A stretch of DNA of 48,956 nt. Origin: Verrucomicrobiota bacterium (lineage in GTDB: Bacteria; Verrucomicrobiota; Verrucomicrobiia; Methylacidiphilales; JBCCWR01). A model generated the notes under the pieces. It saw nothing but the letters and a program-made list of their open reading frames with translations. It was not told the origin of the DNA and searched no databases. The stretch is from NCBI GenBank assembly GCA_039193385.1, contig JBCCWR010000004.1:1-48956 (forward strand), read 5' to 3'. Position numbers and translations under genes: made by a program. Shown piece by piece: positions 1-8,832 of this stretch; positions within the stretch are counted from its first letter, which is position 1; the number at the start of each line of letters is the position of its first letter.

Positions 1-1
1 G

Positions 2-538
2 TTTTTCTGGATTTGTGCTATCGGATTGCTAGGCGCGGCTATAGCCGTCACAGTAAATAGAAATCCATTTGGTTCAGCAATAGCTTTGGTATGCGTGTTC
101 TTTTTTCAAGCCTTACTTTTTCTTTCTTTAGAATCGGTGGTTCTATTTGTGGTGCAGATGATCATCTATGTAGGTGTGGTCATGGTTCTGTTTCTTTTTA
201 TTATCAGGCTTTTGGATATTAAAGGAGAGTCAAAGCGAGTAGTGCCTTGGTTTAAGATTGGAGCTGTAACATTCTTATCTTTAGTCCTGGGTAATTTTTT
301 CATTCAAGCAATACATAGTTTAGATAGAGGAAGTGAAAGGCTTACCTGGGCTAATGAAGCGAATAAACAAGTTGCCATGCCAGGCACTATAGAGATGGGC
401 AAAGAACTCTTTTCTAATTATCTACTACCTTTCGAGGCGACTCTAGTGCTGTTATTAATGGTAATAGTAGGAGTGCTTTTACTGATCCGCAGATATGATC
501 TTTCCCCGAGTGACTCTGAAAGTTCAGACAAGAAATAG
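2..538 (+). CDS. nuoJ: NADH-quinone oxidoreductase subunit J (5'-truncated by window edge)
   Basis: Frame is open from nt 2 (FFWICAIGLLG...). Motifs RNPFGSAIAL, IYVGVVMVLFLF (YAGAIMVLF family) and LFSNYLLPFE; directly upstream of nuoK. Confidence 0.93.
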   Translation, partial: FFWICAIGLLGAAIAVTVNRNPFGSAIALVCVFFFQALLFLSLESVVLFVVQMIIYVGVVMVLFLFIIRLLDIKGESKRVVPWFKIGAVTFLSLVLGNFFIQAIHSLDRGSERLTWANEANKQVAMPGTIEMGKELFSNYLLPFEATLVLLLMVIVGVLLLIRRYDLSPSDSESSDKK

Positions 539-544
539 TGTTAC

Positions 545-868
545 ATGGCATATTTTACAGATATTACACTAAATCATTACGTCGCGTTGAGTGGTATGCT
601 ATTTATGCTAGGCCTGGTAGCAGTCATTACGCGAAAAAATAGCATTATTATTCTTATGGGACTCGCAATGATGTTGAATGCAGCGAATCTTGCTCTGGTA
701 GCATTTGCTAGATTTCATCCTGAAGGCGCATTGAATGCTCATATGATGGTGTTCTTTATTATCACTGTAGCTGCGGCTGAGGTAGCTGTAGGGTTAGCCT
801 TGATTGTTGCTCTATTTCGCAAACGTCAAACTGTTGATGTAACGCAACTAACCGAATTAAAATTTTAA
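545..868 (+). CDS. nuoK: NADH-quinone oxidoreductase subunit K
   Basis: 107 aa, three hydrophobic segments, RKN..MLNAANL and TVAAAEVAVGLAL motifs; position in the nuo operon. Confidence 0.96.
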   Translation: MAYFTDITLNHYVALSGMLFMLGLVAVITRKNSIIILMGLAMMLNAANLALVAFARFHPEGALNAHMMVFFIITVAAAEVAVGLALIVALFRKRQTVDVTQLTELKF

Positions 869-874
869 GGCACT

Positions 875-2692
875 ATGAATTGGTTGATATTAGGTGCTCC
901 TTTAGTTTCTGCAGTTTTAATAACCATAGGGTTATACAAAAACAAAATTGCCTCAGTAAGTGTATCAATCGCTGCCTGTGCTGTAAGTTTTACATCTGCA
1001 CTGATTGTTTTCTTTTCCGGTGAATATTGGGGCTATAGTGAATATCTCTGGTTTCAAGTCGGTGACTTGAAAGTGGAAATAGGCGCTATGCATGATGATC
1101 TGGCGCGTCTGATGTTATTGATGGCAACAGGAGTAGCACTACTCATTCATATTTTTGCCTATGGTTATATGAAAGAAGATGAAGCTCTCTCTCGTTTCTT
1201 CGCCAAGCTTTCCTTATTCACGTTTTCCGTGCTGGGAATTGTCATGGCTAATAATCTAGTCATGATGTTTATTTTTTGGGTGCTTGTGGGCTTAAGTTCT
1301 TATTTGCTCATTGGCTTCTGGTTTCAGCGTCCAGCCGCAGCAGAAGCTTCTAAGAAAGTCTTTATCATTAACCGTCTGGGTGATTTTGGTTTCTTGCTAG
1401 GTATTTTAGGGGTCTGGATGCTTTGGGATTCAATTGATTTTCTAACGCTTAAATCTGCCATAAAAACTAACCCGAATTCTACGGACACTTTTGGACTGAC
1501 GTTAGTGGCCATTGGTCTTTTTTGTGGATGTGTCAGTAAGTCTGCCCAGTTTCCTCTCCATATTTGGCTTCCTGACGCAACGGAAGGCCCGACTCCAGTT
1601 TCTGCGCTTATCCATGCCGCTACAATGGTAGTTGCTGGCGTGTATATGTTATGCCGCGTGTTCTTTATTCTAGAGCTGAGTGAAAATGCACTCCTAGTCA
1701 TTGCCATCGTCGGCACAGTTACTGCATTAGGCGCTGCTTTAATCGCTCTGCAACAAAATGACATCAAACGTATTCTTGCCTATTCGACTTTATCCCAGCT
1801 TGGTTACATGGTTGCGGCTGTTGGAATGGCAGCTAGTGCGGAAGCTATGTTTCATCTGACAACACATGCTTTCTATATGGCTCTTTTATTTCTCGGAGCA
1901 GGTTCTGTGATCTATGGTATTCATCATGAGCAGGACATTTGGAAAATGGGGGGGCTATGCAAAAAAATGCCTATAACCTTCTGGACATTTGTTGTGGCGA
2001 CGCTCGCGTTAACTGGGTTTCCAGGATTAGCTGGATTCTATAGTAAAGAAGCGATACTTAGTTCAGCTTATCATGACCATCCCATTATATTTGGGGTGCT
2101 TCTTTTCACAGCAGGTCTGACAGCTTTTTACATGACACGTTTAGTTGTTGTCGCCTTTTTGGGTAAGGAGAAAAGTGGTGTTGTTTCTCATGCTCGTGAA
2201 TCTTCTTGGTATATGACGATCCCCTTAATCATTTTAAGCATTTTTTCTGTTATTGGAGGATGGAGTATCAACCATTTGGGTCTGGAAGATTTTCTTCATG
2301 TTCACCAGCATGAAGAAGGTACAATAAGCGTAATAGCGATGTTGATTGGAGTATTTGTTATCGGAACGGTGCTCGCCTTTGTTCTTTATAATAACCGTGA
2401 GTCTGAACCTTTTGACATTCCAATGGTTAGTCCATTATTCAAAAATAAATTTTATAGTGATGAAATTTATAAACTGACTTTTGTCAAAGGTCATCAGATG
2501 TTGGCTACAGGGTTAAGCTGGTTTGATCGTTGGATTATTGATGGGTTGATTGTTCGTGGTTTGTCAGTCATTAGCAATATAAGCGGAGAAGCGTTACGTC
2601 TTATTCAAGGCGGTAATCTTCAGGCTTACATTATTTTCTTTGTTTTCGGAGTGGCTTTTATCGGATTTTTCTTATTTAGATACGCGCTGTAA
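875..2692 (+). CDS. nuoL: NADH-quinone oxidoreductase subunit L
   Basis: KSAQFPLHIWLPD..EGPTPVSALIHAATMV, DIKRILAYSTLSQLGYM, GFYSKE, and C-terminal amphipathic helix ending LRLIQGGNLQAY. Confidence 0.97.
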   Translation: MNWLILGAPLVSAVLITIGLYKNKIASVSVSIAACAVSFTSALIVFFSGEYWGYSEYLWFQVGDLKVEIGAMHDDLARLMLLMATGVALLIHIFAYGYMKEDEALSRFFAKLSLFTFSVLGIVMANNLVMMFIFWVLVGLSSYLLIGFWFQRPAAAEASKKVFIINRLGDFGFLLGILGVWMLWDSIDFLTLKSAIKTNPNSTDTFGLTLVAIGLFCGCVSKSAQFPLHIWLPDATEGPTPVSALIHAATMVVAGVYMLCRVFFILELSENALLVIAIVGTVTALGAALIALQQNDIKRILAYSTLSQLGYMVAAVGMAASAEAMFHLTTHAFYMALLFLGAGSVIYGIHHEQDIWKMGGLCKKMPITFWTFVVATLALTGFPGLAGFYSKEAILSSAYHDHPIIFGVLLFTAGLTAFYMTRLVVVAFLGKEKSGVVSHARESSWYMTIPLIILSIFSVIGGWSINHLGLEDFLHVHQHEEGTISVIAMLIGVFVIGTVLAFVLYNNRESEPFDIPMVSPLFKNKFYSDEIYKLTFVKGHQMLATGLSWFDRWIIDGLIVRGLSVISNISGEALRLIQGGNLQAYIIFFVFGVAFIGFFLFRYAL

Positions 2693-2694
2693 CC

Positions 2695-4173
2695 ATGAAT
2701 TTTATGCTGCAATTTTTATTGATCACACCAGTTTTGGCCTGTCTGGCTATTATTATAGGAGCGCCTGCGAAGCGAACGGCTCTGTTTTCTTCACTGATTG
2801 GATTAATAAGCACGGTTGCACTAGCCTGGGGCTTTGATGCGGAAGCTGAGGCGTTTCAATTTATCACTAAGATACCTGTTGCGGAACACCAAGATCTATT
2901 CACTCTTCATTTTCACTTAGGAATTGATGGTATGAGCTTGGCAATGTTGTTGCTCACATCTGTAGTCACCTTGTCAGCTGTTTGTATTTCTCCAGAAGAT
3001 ATAAAACGCGGAAAATTATTTTATATATGTTTGCTGTTGGTCAGTCTGGGAGCTGTTGGAGCATTTGTTTCACTTGATTTGTTTTTTCTATATGCTTTTC
3101 ATGCAGTTGCTCTTATTCCTACATTTTTGCTTATTGGAATCTGGGGAACGCATGATCGTAAATTTGCCGCGACGCAAATGACCATTTATCTGATGGCAGG
3201 GAGTTTGGTGCTGTTGGCGGGCTTATTGGCCTTTTACTTTTATTTGCCTGAGCCGACTTTTGATTTGGTAGAAATTCAAGAGATGCTTCAAGGAGATTCC
3301 TTCACGGCAGAGCAACAAAGTGTAATTTATCCATTGCTGCTAATTGGTTTTGGTATTCTAATAGCACTTTTTCCATTTCATAGCTGGGCTCCAAGAGGAT
3401 ATGCTACTTCTCCAGCAGCATGCGTTATGCTTCATGCTGGTGTGTTAAAACAATTTGGTTTTTATGGGTTAATTCGACTTGCCGTGCCGTACTTGCCGGA
3501 CGGGATTGCACAATATCTACCACTGTTGCTTGTGCTTTTGTTATGTAACTTGATTTATATTGGGTTTCTTACATTGACACAGAAAGATCTCAATCTGATG
3601 CTTGCTTTTTCTAGTGTCATGCATATGGGCTACCTCTTCTTGGGATTAGCAGGAATGAATGCCGTTAGTATTAACGGCATGGTTTTATTAATGGTCGCTC
3701 ATGGTTTAAGCACAGCACTACTTTTTGGACTAGCTGCAGAAATTCGCGAGCGTGCCGGCACCTTACATTTTGCAGAGCTAGGCGGCATGGCAAGTAAGGC
3801 TCCATGGTTAGCCTTTTTGTTTATTGCAGGTGGCATGGCATCAATGGGCTTGCCTGGATTAGGAAACTTTGCCGGTGAGGTAATGATTTATTTTGGAGCA
3901 TGGAAAGGTGCTGAACACCACCCCATACTTTATATTGTTATAATACTAGCAGCTTGGGGATTGGTGATCTCAGCAATTTATATGCTGCGTGCAATAAAGA
4001 CAGTTTGTTATGGTTCGCTATCGGATTCATTGAGAGAGACAGAAGATTTCAAAGATTTTGCACAAGCGTTTCCATTTTTATTGTTACTAGCTGGTTTATT
4101 GCTGACTGGTTTATGTCCATGGATTCTTTCGAACTGGATGAAACCGGTTTTAGTAGGTCTAGGTTTAGAATAA
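2695..4173 (+). CDS. nuoM: NADH-quinone oxidoreductase subunit M
   Basis: LGIDGMS, LIPTFLLIGIWG, PFHSWAP, SSVMHMGY, AHGLS, GLPGLGNFAGE; lies between nuoL and nuoN. Confidence 0.96.
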   Translation: MNFMLQFLLITPVLACLAIIIGAPAKRTALFSSLIGLISTVALAWGFDAEAEAFQFITKIPVAEHQDLFTLHFHLGIDGMSLAMLLLTSVVTLSAVCISPEDIKRGKLFYICLLLVSLGAVGAFVSLDLFFLYAFHAVALIPTFLLIGIWGTHDRKFAATQMTIYLMAGSLVLLAGLLAFYFYLPEPTFDLVEIQEMLQGDSFTAEQQSVIYPLLLIGFGILIALFPFHSWAPRGYATSPAACVMLHAGVLKQFGFYGLIRLAVPYLPDGIAQYLPLLLVLLLCNLIYIGFLTLTQKDLNLMLAFSSVMHMGYLFLGLAGMNAVSINGMVLLMVAHGLSTALLFGLAAEIRERAGTLHFAELGGMASKAPWLAFLFIAGGMASMGLPGLGNFAGEVMIYFGAWKGAEHHPILYIVIILAAWGLVISAIYMLRAIKTVCYGSLSDSLRETEDFKDFAQAFPFLLLLAGLLLTGLCPWILSNWMKPVLVGLGLE

Positions 4174-4211
4174 GGATAGTTTGATAGAATAACGTTTTCA
4201 GGAGCCTTCAC

Positions 4212-5666
4212 ATGGAGTTCTTAAAAGAATTATTAAATCTACTCCGGTATCCGGAGTTTGGCATACTTTTGCTAGCGCTATTGCTGCTGGGCTATGAGTC
4301 TTTGCGTAATAAAACAAAATCTTCATGGATGGCCCCTTTTTCTATGGTTGGCGTTGCTGTGATTTTTGCCCTGACATTCTTTTATCCTCTTCAATATGGC
4401 ATGCACTGGGATGGTCTTTATAATTTGGATGCCTTAGCGCTTTTTTTTAAACGCTTTTTCCTTGCTGTAACTTTTGGGGTGTTATGGATGGGGATGGTGT
4501 TTGAAAAAAAGTTGAAATACGGTCGAGATGAATTTTTTGTTATACCTCTTTTTACAACTGTAGGCATGTTGTTGTTATCTTCCGCAGTTGATTTCATACT
4601 CATTTTTGTAGGCTTAGAGCTTGTAACTATTTCATTCTATATTTTAGTTGCTTACCAGAGAGAGAAACAAACTTCACTTGAAGTAGGGGTAAAGTATTTA
4701 ATTATAGGTGCACTTTCAACCGGCTTTATGGTTTATGGCATAGCTTTGTTATTTGGTCTGGTGGGAAGCACAAAACTGGCCGACGTTAATACTTACATAG
4801 CTTACAATGAAGTATCGGCAATGTTACTCTTTTCGTTGTTGTTTCTCATTGTTGGGTTAGGTTTTAAGGTGGCGGCTGTCCCATTTCATGTCTGGTCACC
4901 TGATGTTTATGAGGGAGCTCCAACACCTGTTACCGCTTTCTTGGCCACCGCCTCAAAAGCTGCTGGGTTCCTTGTTCTACTTAGGTTGTTCAAATTTGAT
5001 GCGTTTGGAGTGGATAAAGTGCAAGAGTCTGTCAGCTTGGTATTTGCTATGGTAGGTTGTTTTACCGTTTTGTTGGGTAATTTTGTTGCAACACCGCAAC
5101 GTAATTTCAAACGTTTGCTAGCTTATTCTAGTATTGGGCATGCAGGGTTTCTTTTGTTGGGACTTAGTACTTTAAGCAATCGAGGTGTTAGCTCAGTTAT
5201 TATCTATTTAGTTGTTTATGCCATTGCCGCTTTGCTGGCATTTTTCATCATCACGCACCTTGCATCTAAAATAGGTGGATATGAAATTTCAAAATTTTCC
5301 GGTCTTTCACAGCGTGAACCTCTTTGTGCAGCCGGTTTGATAATAGCGCTTATTTCTATGGCTGGTATTCCACCATTAGCAGGATTTGTAGGTAAATTCA
5401 GTGTTATGGCCGCATTGTGGGAAAATGGTAATATATTATGTTTAGCGGTTGCGATTATTGGGGCCGTGATTGGGTTAGGCTATTACTTAAGAGTGATATC
5501 TGTTCTCTTTTGGAATGATCCTTTACCTGAAACAGAGAAGCTGGAAATACCTTTAGCCTCACAAGCAGTTGTGGTTGTCTTACTTGTGAGCTTGGTAGTT
5601 CTCGGAATTTGGCAAACACCTTTAAGTCAATTATTGGCCTGGATCACCGGTCCCACGCCGAGTTGA
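4212..5666 (+). CDS. nuoN: NADH-quinone oxidoreductase subunit N
   Basis: GLELVT, GFKVAAVPFHVWSPDVYEGAPTP, ASKAAG, KRLLAYSSIGHAG, AGIPPLAGFVGKF, YYLRVI. Confidence 0.97.
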   Translation: MEFLKELLNLLRYPEFGILLLALLLLGYESLRNKTKSSWMAPFSMVGVAVIFALTFFYPLQYGMHWDGLYNLDALALFFKRFFLAVTFGVLWMGMVFEKKLKYGRDEFFVIPLFTTVGMLLLSSAVDFILIFVGLELVTISFYILVAYQREKQTSLEVGVKYLIIGALSTGFMVYGIALLFGLVGSTKLADVNTYIAYNEVSAMLLFSLLFLIVGLGFKVAAVPFHVWSPDVYEGAPTPVTAFLATASKAAGFLVLLRLFKFDAFGVDKVQESVSLVFAMVGCFTVLLGNFVATPQRNFKRLLAYSSIGHAGFLLLGLSTLSNRGVSSVIIYLVVYAIAALLAFFIITHLASKIGGYEISKFSGLSQREPLCAAGLIIALISMAGIPPLAGFVGKFSVMAALWENGNILCLAVAIIGAVIGLGYYLRVISVLFWNDPLPETEKLEIPLASQAVVVVLLVSLVVLGIWQTPLSQLLAWITGPTPS

Positions 5667-5683
5667 TCTTCACAGAAGTCCTT

Positions 5684-5711
5684 TTGCCATAAATTAATAT
5701 AGCTGCATAAT
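5684..5711 (+). promoter_or_regulatory. Putative sigma70 promoter for iscA (probably leaderless transcript)
   Basis: TTGCCA (5684-5689), 16 nt spacer, CATAAT (5706-5711), then 6 nt to the ATG at 5718; no Shine-Dalgarno. Confidence 0.45.
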
Positions 5712-5717
5712 AGTGTT

Positions 5718-6086
5718 ATGTCTTCGATGCATGAGGTGAAATACAAAGTAGGTAATGAAAAGCTGGTCAAACTTACAGAACCGGCAGCGGATCAGTTGGC
5801 ATCTTTGCTAAAGAGGCAAAATCGTGATCATGGCGCTTTGCGTGTGGCTGTTGTTGGAGGCGGATGCTCTGGGTTACAGTATAAAATGGATCTGGTAGAT
5901 GGGCCGCGCGATAAAGATATTATGGTAGAATCCCGTGCTGTACGAATTGTTGTTGACCCCAAGAGTGCTTTGTTTGTAAGTGGTTCTCAGGTGGACTTTA
6001 GCAAAGATCTCCAAAAAGGTGGTTTCAAGGTGACGAACCCGAATGCGGTAGCACATTGTTCCTGTGGTGAGAGTTTTAGCGCGTAG
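5718..6086 (+). CDS. iscA: A-type Fe-S carrier, IscA/HesB family
   Basis: LRVAVVGGGCSGLQY and NPNA..CSCGESF motifs with all three Cys. Confidence 0.95.
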   Translation: MSSMHEVKYKVGNEKLVKLTEPAADQLASLLKRQNRDHGALRVAVVGGGCSGLQYKMDLVDGPRDKDIMVESRAVRIVVDPKSALFVSGSQVDFSKDLQKGGFKVTNPNAVAHCSCGESFSA

Positions 6087-6094
6087 TTTGTCAG

Positions 6095-6670
6095 GTGAAC
6101 GTAATGAATGCTTTTAAGATTCTTGAAGTGACTCCTTCACCTATTGTTGATTTTGAAGAATTAAAAACATCCTTCCATAGACTCAGCGAGAAATTGCGAA
6201 GTAATCATACGGATGGGGATGTGGCGGAACTCAATCAAGCTTATGAGTTATTACAGAACAGGCCGAATCGTTTGAAAGCGCTCTTAGCAATAAATGGGGT
6301 ATCAGAAAATCAATTAACGGGGGCTAAAAAAGTTCCAGAACCAATGGCGGATTTATGTATGTTGATCGGTGGTATATGGCATGATGTGGATCTGTTTCTT
6401 AAAGATGCTGAAAATTATACTAATTTAGAGAGAGCGCTTGCTGCAACAAAGGCCTTGGATTTGCTTGATAAGTTACAAGACCTGCAACAGAAGTTAATGA
6501 TAAAGTCGACAGAGATGCATAAACAACTGGAAACTCTCAATGTAAAATGGAAAGAAGTTGATGCTGTCCTACTTAATGAGCTGAAAAATTTTTATCTTGA
6601 AGATGTTTATTTGAGCAAGTGGATGGAGCAGCTTGATGAACGTATGTTTCGTTTATCACAGATGGTTTAG
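6095..6670 (+). CDS. HscB-like J-domain co-chaperone (HPD motif absent); alternative start ATG 6104
   Basis: N-terminal NAFKILEV..ELKTSFHRLS..ELNQAYELL..RLKALL J-domain pattern, helical C-terminus, located between iscA and an Hsp70. Confidence 0.75.
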   Translation: MNVMNAFKILEVTPSPIVDFEELKTSFHRLSEKLRSNHTDGDVAELNQAYELLQNRPNRLKALLAINGVSENQLTGAKKVPEPMADLCMLIGGIWHDVDLFLKDAENYTNLERALAATKALDLLDKLQDLQQKLMIKSTEMHKQLETLNVKWKEVDAVLLNELKNFYLEDVYLSKWMEQLDERMFRLSQMV

Positions 6671-6682
6671 AAGTTCTTGATT

Positions 6683-8512
6683 ATGAGTGATGTCATTATC
6701 GGTATAGATTTAGGAACAACGAATTCAGCAGTAGGGGTAGTAGACTGCGGATTTCCAGTTTTAATTCCAGATCATGAAGGACACCGTCTTTTTCCATCCT
6801 TTTATTTCAATCGAAGTCGAGAACAGATCGAAGTGGGCCATGTTGCCAAACGTGCAAGAGGTGCCAGACCAGAGCGTGTCGTTTACTCAGCCAAACGCTT
6901 CATGGGGCGTGTATTTGGAGATTTGAGAACGGAAGACGTAGAGCTTAGCTACCCAGTGGAATGCGGAGATAAGGGTGAAATTATTTTTGACTTGGGTGAA
7001 GCACGTATTGGGGCAGAAGATGTTTCTGCCGCTATTTTATCTAAACTTAAGAAACAAGCTGAGGCGTATTTAAACTTAGTAGTAGATAGGGCTGTGATTA
7101 CAGTGCCCGCCTATTTTAATGATGGTCAGCGCAAGGCGACCAAACGTGCTGCAGAGATGGCTGGTTTAAAAGTAGAGCGTATTATCAATGAGCCCACAGC
7201 AGCAGCTTTAGCTTATGGTTTAGGTAGAAATGAGAGTGATGAAAAATTGAAGATAGCTGTTTATGATTTGGGGGGCGGTACATTCGATATTTCTATTCTT
7301 GAATTAAGTGGTTCTGTTTTTGAGGTATTAGCAACAAATGGTAATACCAAACTTGGTGGAGATGATATTGATTTGGCTTTAAGAGATTATCTCTGTCTCA
7401 AGATTGAAGAAAGTCTGGGAGATAAGTTAACAGATTCTGAAAAGGCCCTTGTTCTAGAAAATGCGGAACGTCTTAAATGTCTCTTATCAAATGAACATGA
7501 AGTAGAACTATCTCTGCCATTTTTACGAGATTCTTACAGCTATCAATATACTTTGCGTCGTAGTGAGCTTGATAAGCTGTCAGCAGAAATTTTAGAGAAG
7601 ACGCGTGAACATTGTTATCGAGCTATGCGTGATGCCAAGTTGCGTGTCGATGAAATTGATAAGGTTCTTTTAGTTGGCGGTCAGACACGTATGCCTTTTG
7701 TTCGTGAACTCATTAAAGAAATTTTTGATCAGGAGCCGGATACGTCAATTAATCCTGATGAGGCCGTAGCTGTTGGAGCAACTGTGCAAGCCGGAATTTT
7801 GAGTGGTCAGTTGCAAAATATGGTTTTACTAGATGTAACGCCTCTCTCGCTAGGCATAGAGACGTTCGGTGGTTTAATGAATGTTCTTATTCCTCGTAAC
7901 TCGACAATTCCGACCAAGCAAGGAGAACTATTTACCAATGCAGTGGATGGTCAAAAGCTCATGAAGATTTCTGTGCTTCAGGGGGAACGTGAGTTAGCTA
8001 AGGATAATTGGCGCCTTGGAGAATTAGAGATTCCTTTTAGTGCGGGATCACGCGGTTCTGCTCGAGTTGGAGTACAGTTCGAAATTGATCAAGATGGTAT
8101 TTTACATGTCCTGGCGCGTGACACCACAACTGGTCAGGATGTTAAACTCGAGCTTAAATCAGCTGTCGATGTTAGTGATGATGAAGTTGAAAAGATGGTC
8201 GCGGAGTCTGTGGAACATGCGCTTGATGATATGAAAGCACGGCAATCAGTTGAAGTAACTATGAAGGCGCAAAGGCAAATAGAGGCGGCAATGAAGGCCT
8301 TGGCATTACTTGGGGATGGTTTGACAGAAAATGAGAAAGAGCAAATTCTTCAATTAGTACATAGGCTTCAAGAAGAATTAAAAAAGGATGAACAGACTGT
8401 TTCTGTGATCAAACAGTTACTACTGGAGTTAGAAGAAAGAGCCAAACCAATGGCAGAAAAATTGATGGAACAAGCCCTAGATTTAGCGTTAGAGAAAAAA
8501 GGTGTTCTTTGA
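6683..8512 (+). CDS. hscA: Hsp70 chaperone, HscA-like (DnaK paralog)
   Basis: [60 protein letters not shown]. HscA is inferred from the iscA / J-protein context. Confidence 0.8.
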   Translation: MSDVIIGIDLGTTNSAVGVVDCGFPVLIPDHEGHRLFPSFYFNRSREQIEVGHVAKRARGARPERVVYSAKRFMGRVFGDLRTEDVELSYPVECGDKGEIIFDLGEARIGAEDVSAAILSKLKKQAEAYLNLVVDRAVITVPAYFNDGQRKATKRAAEMAGLKVERIINEPTAAALAYGLGRNESDEKLKIAVYDLGGGTFDISILELSGSVFEVLATNGNTKLGGDDIDLALRDYLCLKIEESLGDKLTDSEKALVLENAERLKCLLSNEHEVELSLPFLRDSYSYQYTLRRSELDKLSAEILEKTREHCYRAMRDAKLRVDEIDKVLLVGGQTRMPFVRELIKEIFDQEPDTSINPDEAVAVGATVQAGILSGQLQNMVLLDVTPLSLGIETFGGLMNVLIPRNSTIPTKQGELFTNAVDGQKLMKISVLQGERELAKDNWRLGELEIPFSAGSRGSARVGVQFEIDQDGILHVLARDTTTGQDVKLELKSAVDVSDDEVEKMVAESVEHALDDMKARQSVEVTMKAQRQIEAAMKALALLGDGLTENEKEQILQLVHRLQEELKKDEQTVSVIKQLLLELEERAKPMAEKLMEQALDLALEKKGVL

Positions 8513-8632
8513 TTCAAATTAGCAATCGAATGAAGTTATATCTATTTTTGTTATGGGGTTTTATTGCTGATCTAGATTTAAAGACAAATTAAGATGATTT
8601 GCCTCCACTGGCTTTGCCAGTAAAGAGCTATG

Positions 8633-8690
8633 TGTTTATAGACTTAACGAATCAAAGAGCTTAGAGAAAAATGGCGTAAGTCTAGAAACA
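8633..8690. repeat. 14-bp inverted repeat (13/14 match) enclosing 30 nt
   Basis: TGTTTATAGACTTA (8633-8646) versus TAAGTCTAGAAACA (8677-8690). Confidence 0.7.
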
Positions 8691-8794
8691 ATACTTACAC
8701 CAAACCTAAGAGAGTGACGTTATTAGGCTCATAGTTATCAACGATGAAATGAAAATGCTAAAAATAGAATCTACTCAAAGAACAGTAAAAAAGT

Positions 8795-8824
8795 TTGACG
8801 CTAAATAACTAGTTGCACTACTGT
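8795..8824 (+). promoter_or_regulatory. Putative sigma70 promoter for the pilus cluster
   Basis: TTGACG (8795-8800), 18 nt spacer, TACTGT (8819-8824), 8 nt before the ATG at 8833. Confidence 0.4.
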
Positions 8825-8832
8825 AAATAATC

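Noticed and set aside
2-5666. Calling the nuo genes pseudogenes or an Mrp antiporter
   Set aside because: There are no stops or frameshifts, and gene order and motifs are nuoJKLMN rather than mrpABCDEFG.
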